From the NCBI GenBank assembly GCA_963663385.2, contig CAXXXD010000002.1:1632001-1696000 (forward strand): a DNA stretch of 64,000 nt. The letters are read 5' to 3'. The notes under the pieces were generated by a model. The model was not told the origin of the DNA. It did no database searches and saw only the letters and a list, made by a program, of their open reading frames with translations. This stretch comes from Oceanispirochaeta sp. (GTDB taxonomy: Bacteria > Spirochaetota > Spirochaetia > DSM-2461). Positions 24,883-35,152 of this stretch are shown one piece after another. The position numbers and the translations under genes are program-made. Numbering within the stretch: position 1 is the first letter of the stretch; each line of letters begins with the position of its first letter.

Positions 24883-27215
24883 TGTTTGGTACGCCCGACA
24901 TGGCTGTACGCTAATGAGGTGAAAGTCCTCTACAGGTGCCCACGTATAGTGAACATGCTATACCAACTGTTAGCTGAAGGCAAGGGCATTTCCGCGAGGG
25001 AATGTCTGGAGGAAGCCGGAATGCAAAACCGGGAGCCCATGTACAAGAATGTGATAGAAGGCTCAGTTCCAGAGGCGAGTCAGCCAATGATGACGATGCC
25101 CCGTGGGTATGGAATAGGGTAAATCACAGGGTTGTCCGGGGACAGTGTACAGTCTTATTCGGGGAGATCTGTCTGCGGGGCGGTAATGTGTTCTTTTAAA
25201 CTGAGAATCCGGTAGGGAACCGGAAAACCAATCCCCGGCTTTTCAGAGGGTGACACTCTGGAAATGAGCAAGATTATCTTGAGTACAAATAAGTCGTCAC
25301 AGGTTTAAAAGCACGGTATAGCATCAACGGGAGCAATCTCGTTGATTAGCAGGCAGAAGTCAGCAGAAGGCATAGTAACCAACGCCCGGAGTAATGTCCG
25401 GTTCACGGTGAAGGCCTGAACATTTCACAAGGAGGAGCCTTATGGTTCTCAAAGGAACAATTTTAGCACTGGCCGAAATAACTTTTGGCGAATTATGGAG
25501 AAACCAGCCTTGAACGATTCTATGATGGATTTGATTTTATCATCTGAAAACATGCGTAAGGCCTGGAAACAGGTCAAACGCAATGGCGGCAGTCCGGGAG
25601 TCAATGGCATGACTATTGAGAAATTTCCGGAATATCTACGCAGAAGATGGAGTAAAATCAAGCAAGCTTTGCTTTTGGGGTACTATGTACCCTCTCCGGT
25701 GCTCAGGGTGGAAATCCCCAAGAGATCCGGAGGTATGCGAATGCTGGGTATTCCCACTATTTTAGACAGGGTTATCCAACAGGCTATTTCACAGGTTTTG
25801 AATCCTCTATTCGATTCGGATTTTTCGGAAAGCAGTTTTGGATTCAGGCCGGGAAGATCGGCTCACGGAGCAGTACGACAGGTAAATACCTATGTTAAAT
25901 CGGGATACAAGTATGCAGTTGATCTGGACTTGGAAAAGTTCTTTGATACGGTAAATCACGATATTCTGATGCATTGTGTGGCTAAGAAAGTCCGGGACAA
26001 ATCAGTCCTGAAATTGATTGGCCGCTACCTGAGAGCCGGTATTATGGACAAGGAGGGGATTAAAATCCCTACTGAAATCGGGACTCCTCAAGGAGGCCCG
26101 TTATCACCTCTACTTTCCAATATCCTTCTTGATAATTTCGATAAGGAGTTGGAACGGAGAAACCTGTGCTTTGCACGTTACGCAGATGATGCATTAATTG
26201 TATCAAAACGCCTGTGTGATGGAAAAGCTATATTGACTGAAATAAGTGATTATCTCAGTCGCAGGTTAAAATTGGTTGTAAACCAGAAGAAAAGCAAGGT
26301 GTGTAAAATCTCCGAATGCAGTTTTCTGGGATTCACTTTCAAGGGTAAGAAAATCCGATGGACTGAATCATCCTTTCGGGAGTTTCAATATCAGTTAAAG
26401 CATTTGACAAGACGGTCTTGGGGGGTATCAATGGAATATCGATTCCGGAAACTTAACGAGTATATCCGGGGGTGGATGAACTATTATGGTATTTCCCAAT
26501 ATTACAGACCTCTACAATCAATTGATGAATGGCTGAGAAGAAGAATCCGTATGTGCTACTGGAAACAGTGGCGTTACCCCAGAACAAAAGTCAGGAAACT
26601 GATGGAGCTGGGTATTCCGAAAGATTTTGCCATTATGACAGGAGCAAGTAGTAAGTCCTACTGGCATCTGTCAAAAGGCTATGCAACCAATGCCGCTATG
26701 TCCAATAAATGGTTGGAAGAGCAAGGATTGATCAATATTAAGGCCCTCTGGTGTAAAATCCAGGGCTACACATGATCAAATTATAGTTTCGTTTGCTCCA
26801 TGGAGTGAACCGCCCTGTGCGGACCCGCATGCAGGGTGGTGTGGGGGCTGGAGGTTAAAAGCCTCCGGCTACCCGATTTGACCTGAACGAATACCGGATC
26901 TTTCTGAGACCCGGCACGACAGACTTAAGAAAAGCGATCAACGGATTATCTCTGTTTATCCAGAATGAAATGAATCATGATTTATTCGCCAAATCGCTAT
27001 TCCTCTTTTGTAACCGGCAGAGAAAACTTCTGAAAATTGTCTACTGGGATAATACCGGTTTTTGTCTCTGGCAGAAGAGACTGGAAGAGAACAGATATCC
27101 CTGGCCGGAAACAGATGAAGATGCTAAAGAGATCAGCATGGATGAATTGAAAATGCTCCTGACGGGAATAGACTTTTTCAAAGCGCATAAAAAATTATCA
27201 TATTCCCGTATTTAG
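24882..27215 (+). CDS. tnpB: IS66 TnpB split by a group II intron (exon 1 24882-24888, exon 2 26878-27215; 114 aa when spliced)
   Basis: ATGTTTG + TTGACCTG rejoin to MFVDLNEY..., matching the uninterrupted start at 41271(-); TDLRKAINGL, LFLFCNR, GFCLWQKRLE. Confidence 0.92.
24889..26877 (+). mobile_element. Group II intron copy B (intact, 1,989 bp)
   Basis: 5' GTACGCCCGACATGG, 3' DV (GAACCGCCCTGTGCGGACCCGCATGCAGGGTGGTG), DVI and terminal AT; boundaries fixed by the intact tnpB allele. Confidence 0.97.
25495..26775 (+). CDS. ltrA: Group II intron reverse transcriptase/maturase (no endonuclease domain)
   Basis: 426 aa; RT0-7 with YADD, domain X (RGWMNYY, WLRRRIRMCYWKQW); no HNH domain. Confidence 0.96.
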   Translation: MEKPALNDSMMDLILSSENMRKAWKQVKRNGGSPGVNGMTIEKFPEYLRRRWSKIKQALLLGYYVPSPVLRVEIPKRSGGMRMLGIPTILDRVIQQAISQVLNPLFDSDFSESSFGFRPGRSAHGAVRQVNTYVKSGYKYAVDLDLEKFFDTVNHDILMHCVAKKVRDKSVLKLIGRYLRAGIMDKEGIKIPTEIGTPQGGPLSPLLSNILLDNFDKELERRNLCFARYADDALIVSKRLCDGKAILTEISDYLSRRLKLVVNQKKSKVCKISECSFLGFTFKGKKIRWTESSFREFQYQLKHLTRRSWGVSMEYRFRKLNEYIRGWMNYYGISQYYRPLQSIDEWLRRRIRMCYWKQWRYPRTKVRKLMELGIPKDFAIMTGASSKSYWHLSKGYATNAAMSNKWLEEQGLINIKALWCKIQGYT

Positions 27216-27254
27216 AGATTTTATAATTATAGAAACTTTGATAGAATTCCCCGT

Positions 27255-28817
27255 ATGGAGAATGAAGAACAGCATTTAAGAGAACAACTTGATGCACAAA
27301 AAATAGAAATTGCTGAACTGAAAAGACTTAATGCCATTCTCCAGGAGCAAGTAGCAAAACTGAACCTCCTGCACTTTGGAACAAAATCAGAGAAGATAAC
27401 TGCCGAAGATAAGAAACAAGCTTCTCTCTTCAATGAAGCGGAAGATAGTGCTTTTGCTCAGAATGATGAAGAGCAGGAGAAAAATGTTATTGAAACGGTT
27501 GAGGTCGGTTCCTACAAGAAAAATATTAAAAAATCCGGCCGGAAACCTCTGCCGGCAGATCTGCCGAGAGAGATCGTGGAATATGATATTCCGGATAAAG
27601 ATAAGATCTGTGCCTGCGGAACAGAAAAGACCTGTATCGGTGAAGATGTTTCCGAGAGAGCAAAAATTATTCCGTCAAAAGTCGTTGTTATTCAGGAACG
27701 TAGAAAAAAGTACTCCTGCAAGAATTGTGAAGGGACGACTCTTGATGAAGCTGCTGTACAGACCGCAGAAGGAGCAAAGCATCTGGTCGCGGGCAGTATT
27801 GCCGATGAAAGCCTGCTCGCTTGGAGTATAAGCGAAAAGTTTGAGTTCGCTCTTCCTTTCTACAGGCAATCAAAACGGTTAAACCAGATAGGCATACCGA
27901 TCCCCCGGGCGACATTGAGCAATCTTACGATAAAATCGGCAACGGCATGTAAGCCTCTATATGATTTGCTGAAAGAAAACATTAAATCCGGTTCCATTAT
28001 TAATGCCGATGAGACGAGAGTTCAGGTTCTAAAGGAACCGAAACGAAAAGCTTCAGATAAATCATGGATGTGGGTCTTTCTCAGAGGAGATCCCGATAAA
28101 AAATGTGTCATATTTCAGTATGAGCAAGGCCGATCCCATGCAATTCCGTTGGATTTCTTGGAAAATTACTCTGGCTGGGTTCAAACTGATGATTTTGAGG
28201 CCTACCATACTGCCCGAAAAAAAGTTGATGGAGATATAAAGCATGTCTTATGCTGGGCCCATGCCAGAAGAAAGTTCTTCCAATATTGGGAATCAACCAA
28301 GAAAAAAGATGCAGAAGCAAAGCAAATTCTCGACCTGATAAAGGATCTGTTTGAACTGGAATCATTACGGGATAATTATTCGCTAAAAGGGTTTCATAAA
28401 CAGCGACAAAATAGAGCAGAACCGATACTAGATAAGTTACAGAAAAAACTGACGAAGCTTTATCCTCAAGTACCTCCTTCTTTAGAGTTCGGTAAGGCGA
28501 TGAAGTATACATTGAGCAACTGGGAGCAGTTGGTTCTATATCTGAAAAATCCTGTTTTGACTCCTTCGAACAATAGCGCTGAAAATGCAATCAGACCCTT
28601 CGTAATCGGGAGAAAAAACTGGCTTTTTGCCGGAAGCCCGAAAGGTGCTGAATCATCGGCAATTCTGTACAGTCTCGTTGAATCTGCGAAGATGAACAAT
28701 CTTCCAGTTTATGCTTACTTGTACTTTATCTTCCGGGAATTGCCCTGCTGTGAAAAACAGAGTGATTATGAAAAATTACTTCCCTATAATTTAACTGCTG
28801 AAGATATTGCAATCTGA
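27255..28817 (+). CDS. tnpC: IS66 DDE transposase TnpC
   Basis: 520 aa; leucine zipper, Zn-finger (CACG...CKNC), ADET, CWAHARRKF, NNSAENAIRP. Confidence 0.95.
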   Translation: MENEEQHLREQLDAQKIEIAELKRLNAILQEQVAKLNLLHFGTKSEKITAEDKKQASLFNEAEDSAFAQNDEEQEKNVIETVEVGSYKKNIKKSGRKPLPADLPREIVEYDIPDKDKICACGTEKTCIGEDVSERAKIIPSKVVVIQERRKKYSCKNCEGTTLDEAAVQTAEGAKHLVAGSIADESLLAWSISEKFEFALPFYRQSKRLNQIGIPIPRATLSNLTIKSATACKPLYDLLKENIKSGSIINADETRVQVLKEPKRKASDKSWMWVFLRGDPDKKCVIFQYEQGRSHAIPLDFLENYSGWVQTDDFEAYHTARKKVDGDIKHVLCWAHARRKFFQYWESTKKKDAEAKQILDLIKDLFELESLRDNYSLKGFHKQRQNRAEPILDKLQKKLTKLYPQVPPSLEFGKAMKYTLSNWEQLVLYLKNPVLTPSNNSAENAIRPFVIGRKNWLFAGSPKGAESSAILYSLVESAKMNNLPVYAYLYFIFRELPCCEKQSDYEKLLPYNLTAEDIAI

Positions 28818-29300
28818 TCCATCAGTCCTAAAATGCTGTCAATGTGGGAAGAATTACCGCTTACCAATCAATTGATGAATGGCTGAGAAGAAGAATCCGT
28901 ATGTGCTACTGGAAACAGTGGCGTTACCCCAGAACAAAAGTCAGGAAACTGATGGAGCTGGGTATTCCGAAAGATTTTGCCATTATGACAGGAGCAAGTA
29001 GTAAGTCCTACTGGCATCTGTCAAAAGGCTATGCAACCAATGCCGCTATGTCCAATAAATGGTTGGAAGAGCAAGGATTGATCAATATTAAGGCCCTCTG
29101 GTGTAAAATCCAGGGCTACACATGATCAAATTATAGTTTCGTTTGCTCCATGGAGTGAACCGCCCTGTGCGGACCCGCTTGCAGGGTGGTGTGGGGGCTG
29201 GAGGTTAAAAGCCTCCGGCTACCCGATTTATACGGCCCGCATTTTACCAACATCTTCCGCGCCCCCGCCGAAGCACAGGACGTGCGGAGGTGGATTTCTT

Positions 29301-31985
29301 TCAATCTTTGTACTCCCTGAAACTTCTCATAAGACCATCAAATGAAGTCGGTTTATACTTATGAAAAGCCGCTTCATCAACAAAGACAAAATCAAAATGT
29401 ATATCTTTCTGAACTCTGTTGATGTCTTCACACCACTGCTTAAGTCTTTTCATCTTTTCCGGTACATCCAAATCTTCAAGACCTTTTGTTTCGACAATTA
29501 CTATCTCTTTATTTGTGACTTTCACAAGAAAATCCGGGTAGTAATTTGAAGGAAAACCATCTTTATTGATGTAATCAATAGTAAAGTGAACTGCTAGGAA
29601 GTTTTTGGCATAGGAAATAATGTCGGTACAATCTTCAAGAAAAGCTGCAAATTCAAGTTCAAGATGGCTGTCTCCAATAATTTTATTAAAAACAGATTTC
29701 TTGGGTATGATGAAACCTTGATCTTTAGCAACAAAGGGTCGTGTTTTTCTCAATTTTATATAATCGCGAATCTCTGCATCGCCTTTATCCTGCACAGTCA
29801 GTTCATTAATATATTTCTTGAATGATTCAATGATCGTTTTTGTGGCCTGTAGTTCAGATAAATTTCTTAGTGTATTCAGATCATCGATTTCAACGGTTTC
29901 TTGAAATAAATGATTGGCAATGAAATCCTTAACTTTGCCATAAAGAACATCGTATCCGCTGACAAGCCGTAAATCTTTCATTATTACCTGAGCGAAGTAA
30001 CCTACGACACTTCTATAATCTGTTACCGCAGTTGTATCCAGGTGCGTGACATGATTTACCTCGTTGGTGGTAATATCCTTAAAAACAATTTCACGTTTTT
30101 GTTCTTCTGAAAATTCAAGATATTCAATCTTTTGATTACCGAAAGATGAAGGGTTTAAGTTGGCAAAATTTTTATATTCACGATATATTCGGGGAGTAAG
30201 AACAGGTATTTCGATATCCAACTTTTCAATATCCTTGTTGGTATTTTCATTATCAACTTCAACAATGATCGGTGCTTTCGGTGCTGTGCCTTCCCCCATT
30301 GGTTTCCGTTCAAGCTCAACACCTTCACTTTGGATTGATTCAACAAAATCCATAAATGCATCAGTTCCGACAATGCTGACATATTCTTCTATGTCAGAAC
30401 CAAAGTACATACGGCGCAAACCACGGCCAAGTGTTTGTTCCGGTAAGATATTGCTTTTAGAAGAATATGCACGAAGTCCAACTATAGTTGTTACATTTCG
30501 AACATCCCAGCCTTCTTTCAGCATTAGAACTGATACGATGGCTTTGTACGGGCTATCCCAGCTATCAATTTTATTGGATTCATCTCGTAATTTGTCTAAT
30601 TCTTCTTTTTTCTTACCTGTTGTGGATTCTGAGATTTCACCACTTTTATTGGTATGAATAGTCATCACTGAATCTTTAAACTCCGGGAAGCTTGATTCAA
30701 GATATTCTGCAACTTCATCACAGTTTTTTGTGTCATCTGTCATAATGAAAAGAATGGCCTTTTTTCCAAGCTTTTCATGTTCAGAGTACACCTTCCGCCA
30801 TTCTTCAACTCCGAGATTAATGTAGTCGGAATACCGTTCTGTAAAAAGTGAGCTTTGTTTTTCTGCAAGTTTTGCTCGACTTGCACTATCAGGTAATACC
30901 GGATGCTTTACAACATTTTGTGAAATGGCTTCTACTAACGGATAATCAGAAATTGTCTGAACAAAAATTGCTCCGTTATTGTGTTTAGGTGTTGCAGTCA
31001 CATCAACCTGTAAAGAAAGAAAATGATCCTTTTGAAGGAGCTTATTATGTATATCCTGAATTGATTTAAACCAAGCAAGTTTAGAATCATGAATATGATG
31101 GGCTTCGTCATTTAACACAACAAGCTCGTCAATATCTCTAACAATCTCACCAAGATCAACTTTGGAGTCTGTTGTTTTTCCAGTCGGACGTTTACCAAGG
31201 AAATAATCCATTGTGTTTTCAGCAGCAAAACTTGCCTCGGCAGTATCAGCTGAATAAACACGATGAATATTGGTCAAAAAGATATTTCCTGTTTTGCGGA
31301 CAATACTGACATCATCCTGTATATGAAGTGTCAATTGAAAATCATCCTGCCAATTCTGACCGTCATACCCGTTGTCCGGAAGAATCGGGTCTTCAAAGAA
31401 AATTCGCAGTCCGTCAAAATCAGTTCTGATCCGGTCAAGAACAATGATATTAGGGGCAATTAAAAGGAAGTTTCTGGCAAGTTCCGAGTCTTCTTCATAG
31501 GTTTTATGAAAGTACGCCCATGCAAGGATCAGACTCATGACTTTTGTTTTACCGCTTCCGGTAGCCATTTTAACTACAAGCCGCCTCCATTCCTCATCAA
31601 ACATTCCCGCAGAAACCGCCTGGGAGGAATCGTAGCGAAGCATATCGTATTTATCTTTAACCTTTACCACATCATAAAGATAGATAACGGTTTCCACGGC
31701 TTCTCTTTGTGCATAGTAATACTTGAAAGGAATAACTGAACCATCGGCCTTGGGAATGAGGTGTTCGGTTTTAAACCACCAATTCAGCAAAGAAATGCTG
31801 GTATTGCTGGCTCCTTCATAATTTTTCTCCCTCCAGCCATGGATTTCTTTCCTTAACGAATGAACCAGAGGAGGCAGCAATTTTTCATAACTCGATTCCC
31901 TTAATGCTTCGTCAGCAGGGAACCAGCGGACATCCGGGTGAAGAATTTCATAAGGGGATGATGGAAAATCGGGATGTATTGCCAT
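29301..31985 (-). CDS. res: Type III restriction enzyme Res subunit (SF2 helicase + PD-(D/E)xK nuclease)
   Basis: MATGSGKT, LNDEAHH, TATP, LKEGWDV, QTLGRGLR, YPDFLV...IVETKG. Confidence 0.92.
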   Translation of the reverse strand: MAIHPDFPSSPYEILHPDVRWFPADEALRESSYEKLLPPLVHSLRKEIHGWREKNYEGASNTSISLLNWWFKTEHLIPKADGSVIPFKYYYAQREAVETVIYLYDVVKVKDKYDMLRYDSSQAVSAGMFDEEWRRLVVKMATGSGKTKVMSLILAWAYFHKTYEEDSELARNFLLIAPNIIVLDRIRTDFDGLRIFFEDPILPDNGYDGQNWQDDFQLTLHIQDDVSIVRKTGNIFLTNIHRVYSADTAEASFAAENTMDYFLGKRPTGKTTDSKVDLGEIVRDIDELVVLNDEAHHIHDSKLAWFKSIQDIHNKLLQKDHFLSLQVDVTATPKHNNGAIFVQTISDYPLVEAISQNVVKHPVLPDSASRAKLAEKQSSLFTERYSDYINLGVEEWRKVYSEHEKLGKKAILFIMTDDTKNCDEVAEYLESSFPEFKDSVMTIHTNKSGEISESTTGKKKEELDKLRDESNKIDSWDSPYKAIVSVLMLKEGWDVRNVTTIVGLRAYSSKSNILPEQTLGRGLRRMYFGSDIEEYVSIVGTDAFMDFVESIQSEGVELERKPMGEGTAPKAPIIVEVDNENTNKDIEKLDIEIPVLTPRIYREYKNFANLNPSSFGNQKIEYLEFSEEQKREIVFKDITTNEVNHVTHLDTTAVTDYRSVVGYFAQVIMKDLRLVSGYDVLYGKVKDFIANHLFQETVEIDDLNTLRNLSELQATKTIIESFKKYINELTVQDKGDAEIRDYIKLRKTRPFVAKDQGFIIPKKSVFNKIIGDSHLELEFAAFLEDCTDIISYAKNFLAVHFTIDYINKDGFPSNYYPDFLVKVTNKEIVIVETKGLEDLDVPEKMKRLKQWCEDINRVQKDIHFDFVFVDEAAFHKYKPTSFDGLMRSFREYKD

Positions 31986-34177
31986 TATTTTTTACCCCCT
32001 ACGGTTATTTCTGCGATTCTCATTGTATCGTTGCCGAATATGTCTACGACTTTTACAGCTATCTTATACCGTCCGGGAGAGCACTCATGGAAAGTGCTTT
32101 TCAATTCTAGTGTACGGTCTTTTTTCGTTCGGAAAGACTGCCACTCGTTTTCAAAAATATAATCACCAGTCCAGCGTTCTTCGACTTCGCCTGTTTCTTC
32201 GTTAGGAACACGGATGATTTCTCTTTTACTCTCGAAGTTGAAGTCAACTGACCAGTAATCAATCCAGTCTGTCCATTTTTTTGTAAGGATTTCTTTTACA
32301 ACAATACCGTTCTTATCTTTGCTGACTTTTACTATCTGGCCATTATCAACGGTTATCTTGTTCTTTCCATTCTTTAAGCCTTCCGCAACACTGTCTATGG
32401 TTTCCTGAGTGTAGTAAACAGAAAAGTCTGTCAGTTCAACAGCAATACTGTTTCCTTTTACCAAGGGCTTGATTTCTATATAGCTGACATCATGAAAAAC
32501 GACCTGATTTTTTTCGATTGCACGGCGGTCAAAAACTTCCCGGGGAATATATTTGGGAGCAATATCAATTCCCTTATTTTTTGCTTCATCAAGGATATTT
32601 GGAAAAAGTCCCATTTCAAACTCAAAAGCAAGAATATCAACACGAGTAACATTGTTCTTACGGCATTCAAGGATGATTTCTTCTACGAAAAGTCGTGTTA
32701 CTGGCAAGTTAATCGGGCCAACCGCGACTAGTCTTCCTGCCTTTTTTCCGTGGAACGCAGGGAATCCTTCTACAAGTTGTGCTTTATAGGCATGAAGAAT
32801 CAGTTCAGTAAAATTTTTCTCTTTTTCTTCAATCTGCCGCTGTTTTTCTTCTTCCCTGAGGTTTTTATTGATGCCGATGTAGTGCTGTCGTTCGTATTTA
32901 CCAAGGTTTAGCACTTCAAAAGCACGGAAATCTTTTCCATCTTCTTTAATTTGACGTTGTACCTGAATCATTCTTTTACGTGTAGTGTGTATTGAAAATT
33001 TACCCAGATCGGCGACTATCCACTTTCTATTCAGTTTTTCGGCAACAGAAGCTAATGTTCCTGAACCACAGAAGAAGTCTGCAACTATGTCATTTTCATT
33101 TGAGCTTGCTTGAATGATACGTTCAAGCAAACCTTCCGGCTTTTGAGTAGCATATCCAAGTCTTTCACTACCCATGGCATTAATCATATTAATGTCATCC
33201 CAAATATTTTCTATTGGCCGTCCTTTAAGTTCCCAAGTATATTGCTTAAATTCAGGATATTTTGCTGTTTCAGAATGTCGCAATCTACTTTCTGACTTTA
33301 ACTGGTTATATCTTTCATCAGAATAAGTTGCCATTACTTGCCATCTATACTTGCCTCGTTCATCTTCATATTTAAATCGTTCATAATATTCATCCGGATA
33401 TTCACCATATTGAATGTTAAATTGATAGTCATCCTTGTTTTTTGTATACAAGAATATGGTGTCTGTATTAACTGAGAATTTCTTTGAAATAGCTTTTACA
33501 GTATTAGTTCTTCTGCGCCAGAGTATTTCATTTAGGAAATTATCTTTTCCAAATATTTCTTCAAGTACGTTTCTTATATAAGAGTTAACTCTCCAATCAC
33601 AATGAACATAAATGCTCCCATTATCTGCTAACAAGTCTCGCATTAGAACTAATCGTTCATATAACATCGCTATAAAACTATCTGCTCCCTTGCCCCAGGT
33701 ATCTCGATAAGCTATTTCTTCTAAAATACCGGGTTCTTTGTGCAGAGTTTCATCACCAATCTCAATATCCATGGAAAAATCAGCACCAACATCAAATGGA
33801 GGATCAATATATATGAGCTTAATTCCGCCATTACGTTCAATTTCTTCACGTAGCGGACCGTTTTTCAAAGATGATAAGATCAATTTATTATCACCCCAGA
33901 TCAGTTTGTTAGTCCATCCTTTTTGTTGTCGCCCGCGGGAATCAAAAAGATTCATTTGCATACTTGAATCTTCCGGCTTTTCTGCACGTGGTTCATCAAC
34001 CTGTTCAATTACCTGAAAAGGAAGAACGATATTACAGACTTCATATGTTTTGCCATTCCAGACAAGTTCTACTTCCCGCTTATCGTCGAAAAGAAGGAAA
34101 CGGTATTTGTCCGGTAGGGGTTTCCCGGCTTCAATGTATTTGATGATGTCACGTTTTTCATTGTCGGTTAGTGTCAT
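31985..34177 (-). CDS. mod: Type III R-M DNA methyltransferase (Mod; beta-class N6/N4)
   Basis: IYIDPPF catalytic motif before the [26 protein letters not shown] motif. Confidence 0.93.
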   Translation of the reverse strand: MTLTDNEKRDIIKYIEAGKPLPDKYRFLLFDDKREVELVWNGKTYEVCNIVLPFQVIEQVDEPRAEKPEDSSMQMNLFDSRGRQQKGWTNKLIWGDNKLILSSLKNGPLREEIERNGGIKLIYIDPPFDVGADFSMDIEIGDETLHKEPGILEEIAYRDTWGKGADSFIAMLYERLVLMRDLLADNGSIYVHCDWRVNSYIRNVLEEIFGKDNFLNEILWRRRTNTVKAISKKFSVNTDTIFLYTKNKDDYQFNIQYGEYPDEYYERFKYEDERGKYRWQVMATYSDERYNQLKSESRLRHSETAKYPEFKQYTWELKGRPIENIWDDINMINAMGSERLGYATQKPEGLLERIIQASSNENDIVADFFCGSGTLASVAEKLNRKWIVADLGKFSIHTTRKRMIQVQRQIKEDGKDFRAFEVLNLGKYERQHYIGINKNLREEEKQRQIEEKEKNFTELILHAYKAQLVEGFPAFHGKKAGRLVAVGPINLPVTRLFVEEIILECRKNNVTRVDILAFEFEMGLFPNILDEAKNKGIDIAPKYIPREVFDRRAIEKNQVVFHDVSYIEIKPLVKGNSIAVELTDFSVYYTQETIDSVAEGLKNGKNKITVDNGQIVKVSKDKNGIVVKEILTKKWTDWIDYWSVDFNFESKREIIRVPNEETGEVEERWTGDYIFENEWQSFRTKKDRTLELKSTFHECSPGRYKIAVKVVDIFGNDTMRIAEITVGGKK

Positions 34178-35032
34178 TTATATTTCTCCTCTCACAGGTG
34201 CTTTATCATTATCGTGTTGCGGTTCATAATGCCAGAAATTTATCGGGTTCTTCGGGTCATAAGTAAAAAGGCATTGCTTACTGTTCAGACCAACCCCATA
34301 TTTTCCGGCTTTGCATTTATTATTAAAAAGATCTAGAAGTTTAAATCTGTAACTTTCCCGATTAGTGAATAATACATTTTCTTCTTCAAATAAAGAAGGT
34401 GCTTGTTGTTGCTTCCATTGTGCATAGGCTGAATATGAATCTTTTGAGAATACTGCCATTCCGGAAAAAAGGTCAGCCACTTGAATCAATGGTTCCACTT
34501 TGGAACATTGTTCCTGAAAGGATTCAATTGAATAATGTGTGTCTGAAAAGAAAAACCCAAAAAGATTGTGATGAAAATCCTGTTGCCTTCCTTTGGCAGA
34601 GAGGCAGTCATGGATCGTTGTCCAATCAATTCCGTTTCTTTGATCAGGTCGAATATCCCATTTGGCAGATTTCGGTCTTCGTTTCATGGAGCCGCTTAGT
34701 AAATGAAAGAACATCCTTTCATAATTTGCCATATCATCACGCCCCTGGATTTTGTGACGTGAATCGTGAGTGTCCCAAATAAGGGTATCTATTCTCATTT
34801 TATGATTTCGAATATTTGTAAATATATAGTTGACTATTTTTTCAGCACAGAAATAGTATTTCGCGTCTTTAAGCTTTTGCCATTTAAATTCTGAAATATT
34901 TGAACTATCTAAGATTGCGGATATTTCCTCTTGTGCCTTTCCCCATACCTTTCTATGTATAGAAAATGCCGAAAGACTTTGAAATCTTGATGCGGTTATT
35001 TGACTTTCATCTGTAAAGACAACGTATTCCAA
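34178..35032 (-). CDS. DUF3800-like protein (RNase H-like fold)
   Basis: N-terminal VFTDES, EFKW, SKVEPLIQVADLFSG; abuts mod. Confidence 0.75.
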   Translation of the reverse strand: MEYVVFTDESQITASRFQSLSAFSIHRKVWGKAQEEISAILDSSNISEFKWQKLKDAKYYFCAEKIVNYIFTNIRNHKMRIDTLIWDTHDSRHKIQGRDDMANYERMFFHLLSGSMKRRPKSAKWDIRPDQRNGIDWTTIHDCLSAKGRQQDFHHNLFGFFFSDTHYSIESFQEQCSKVEPLIQVADLFSGMAVFSKDSYSAYAQWKQQQAPSLFEEENVLFTNRESYRFKLLDLFNNKCKAGKYGVGLNSKQCLFTYDPKNPINFWHYEPQHDNDKAPVRGEI

Positions 35033-35152
35033 ATTAATCCCTTATTATATCATTCTTTGCCCGGCATGGACGCCGGGCTTCTTAGGGCGCGGTCTTTATG
35101 TCCATATCTCATTATTTGAATCATATTTTCTCTATTTTGAGAAATTTTGTCC

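Larger units (their letters stand above)
24524..28864 (+). mobile_element. IS66-family element copy 1 (2,352 bp net), carrying a group II intron in tnpB
   Basis: Terminal IRs GTAAGCGGTAATTCT...AGAATTACCGCTTAC; 8-bp target duplication CAATCAAT (24516-24523 / 28865-28872); tnpA-tnpB-tnpC. Confidence 0.96.
23000..29227 (+). mobile_element. Group II intron copy A: 5'-truncated (~110 nt lost) and interrupted by IS66 at 24524-28864
   Basis: Matches the full intron from GGAATGTCTGG onward; RT ORF split into 23496-24523 and 28865-29125; a few SNPs versus the other copies. Confidence 0.93.

Noticed and set aside
24886..25661. Recurrent 65-105 aa ORFs (MVRPTWLY..., MSGGSRNA..., MILLHLLR...) at every intron copy
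   Set aside because: They lie in intron RNA domains or antisense to the RT and recur only because the intron is repeated
25495..26775. RT as a retron, DGR, CRISPR-associated or Abi-type defence RT
   Set aside because: Domain X, DV/DVI RNA structure and precise exon rejoining identify a group II intron
28844..29125. Independent 93-aa gene
   Set aside because: It is the C-terminal remainder of the IS66-interrupted RT; its start lies in the IS terminal repeat
35059..35078. GCCCGGCATGGACGCCGGGC resembling a group IIC intron 5' end
   Set aside because: Similarity is limited to ~11 nt and nothing intron-like follows; more simply a small palindrome in the cassette leader
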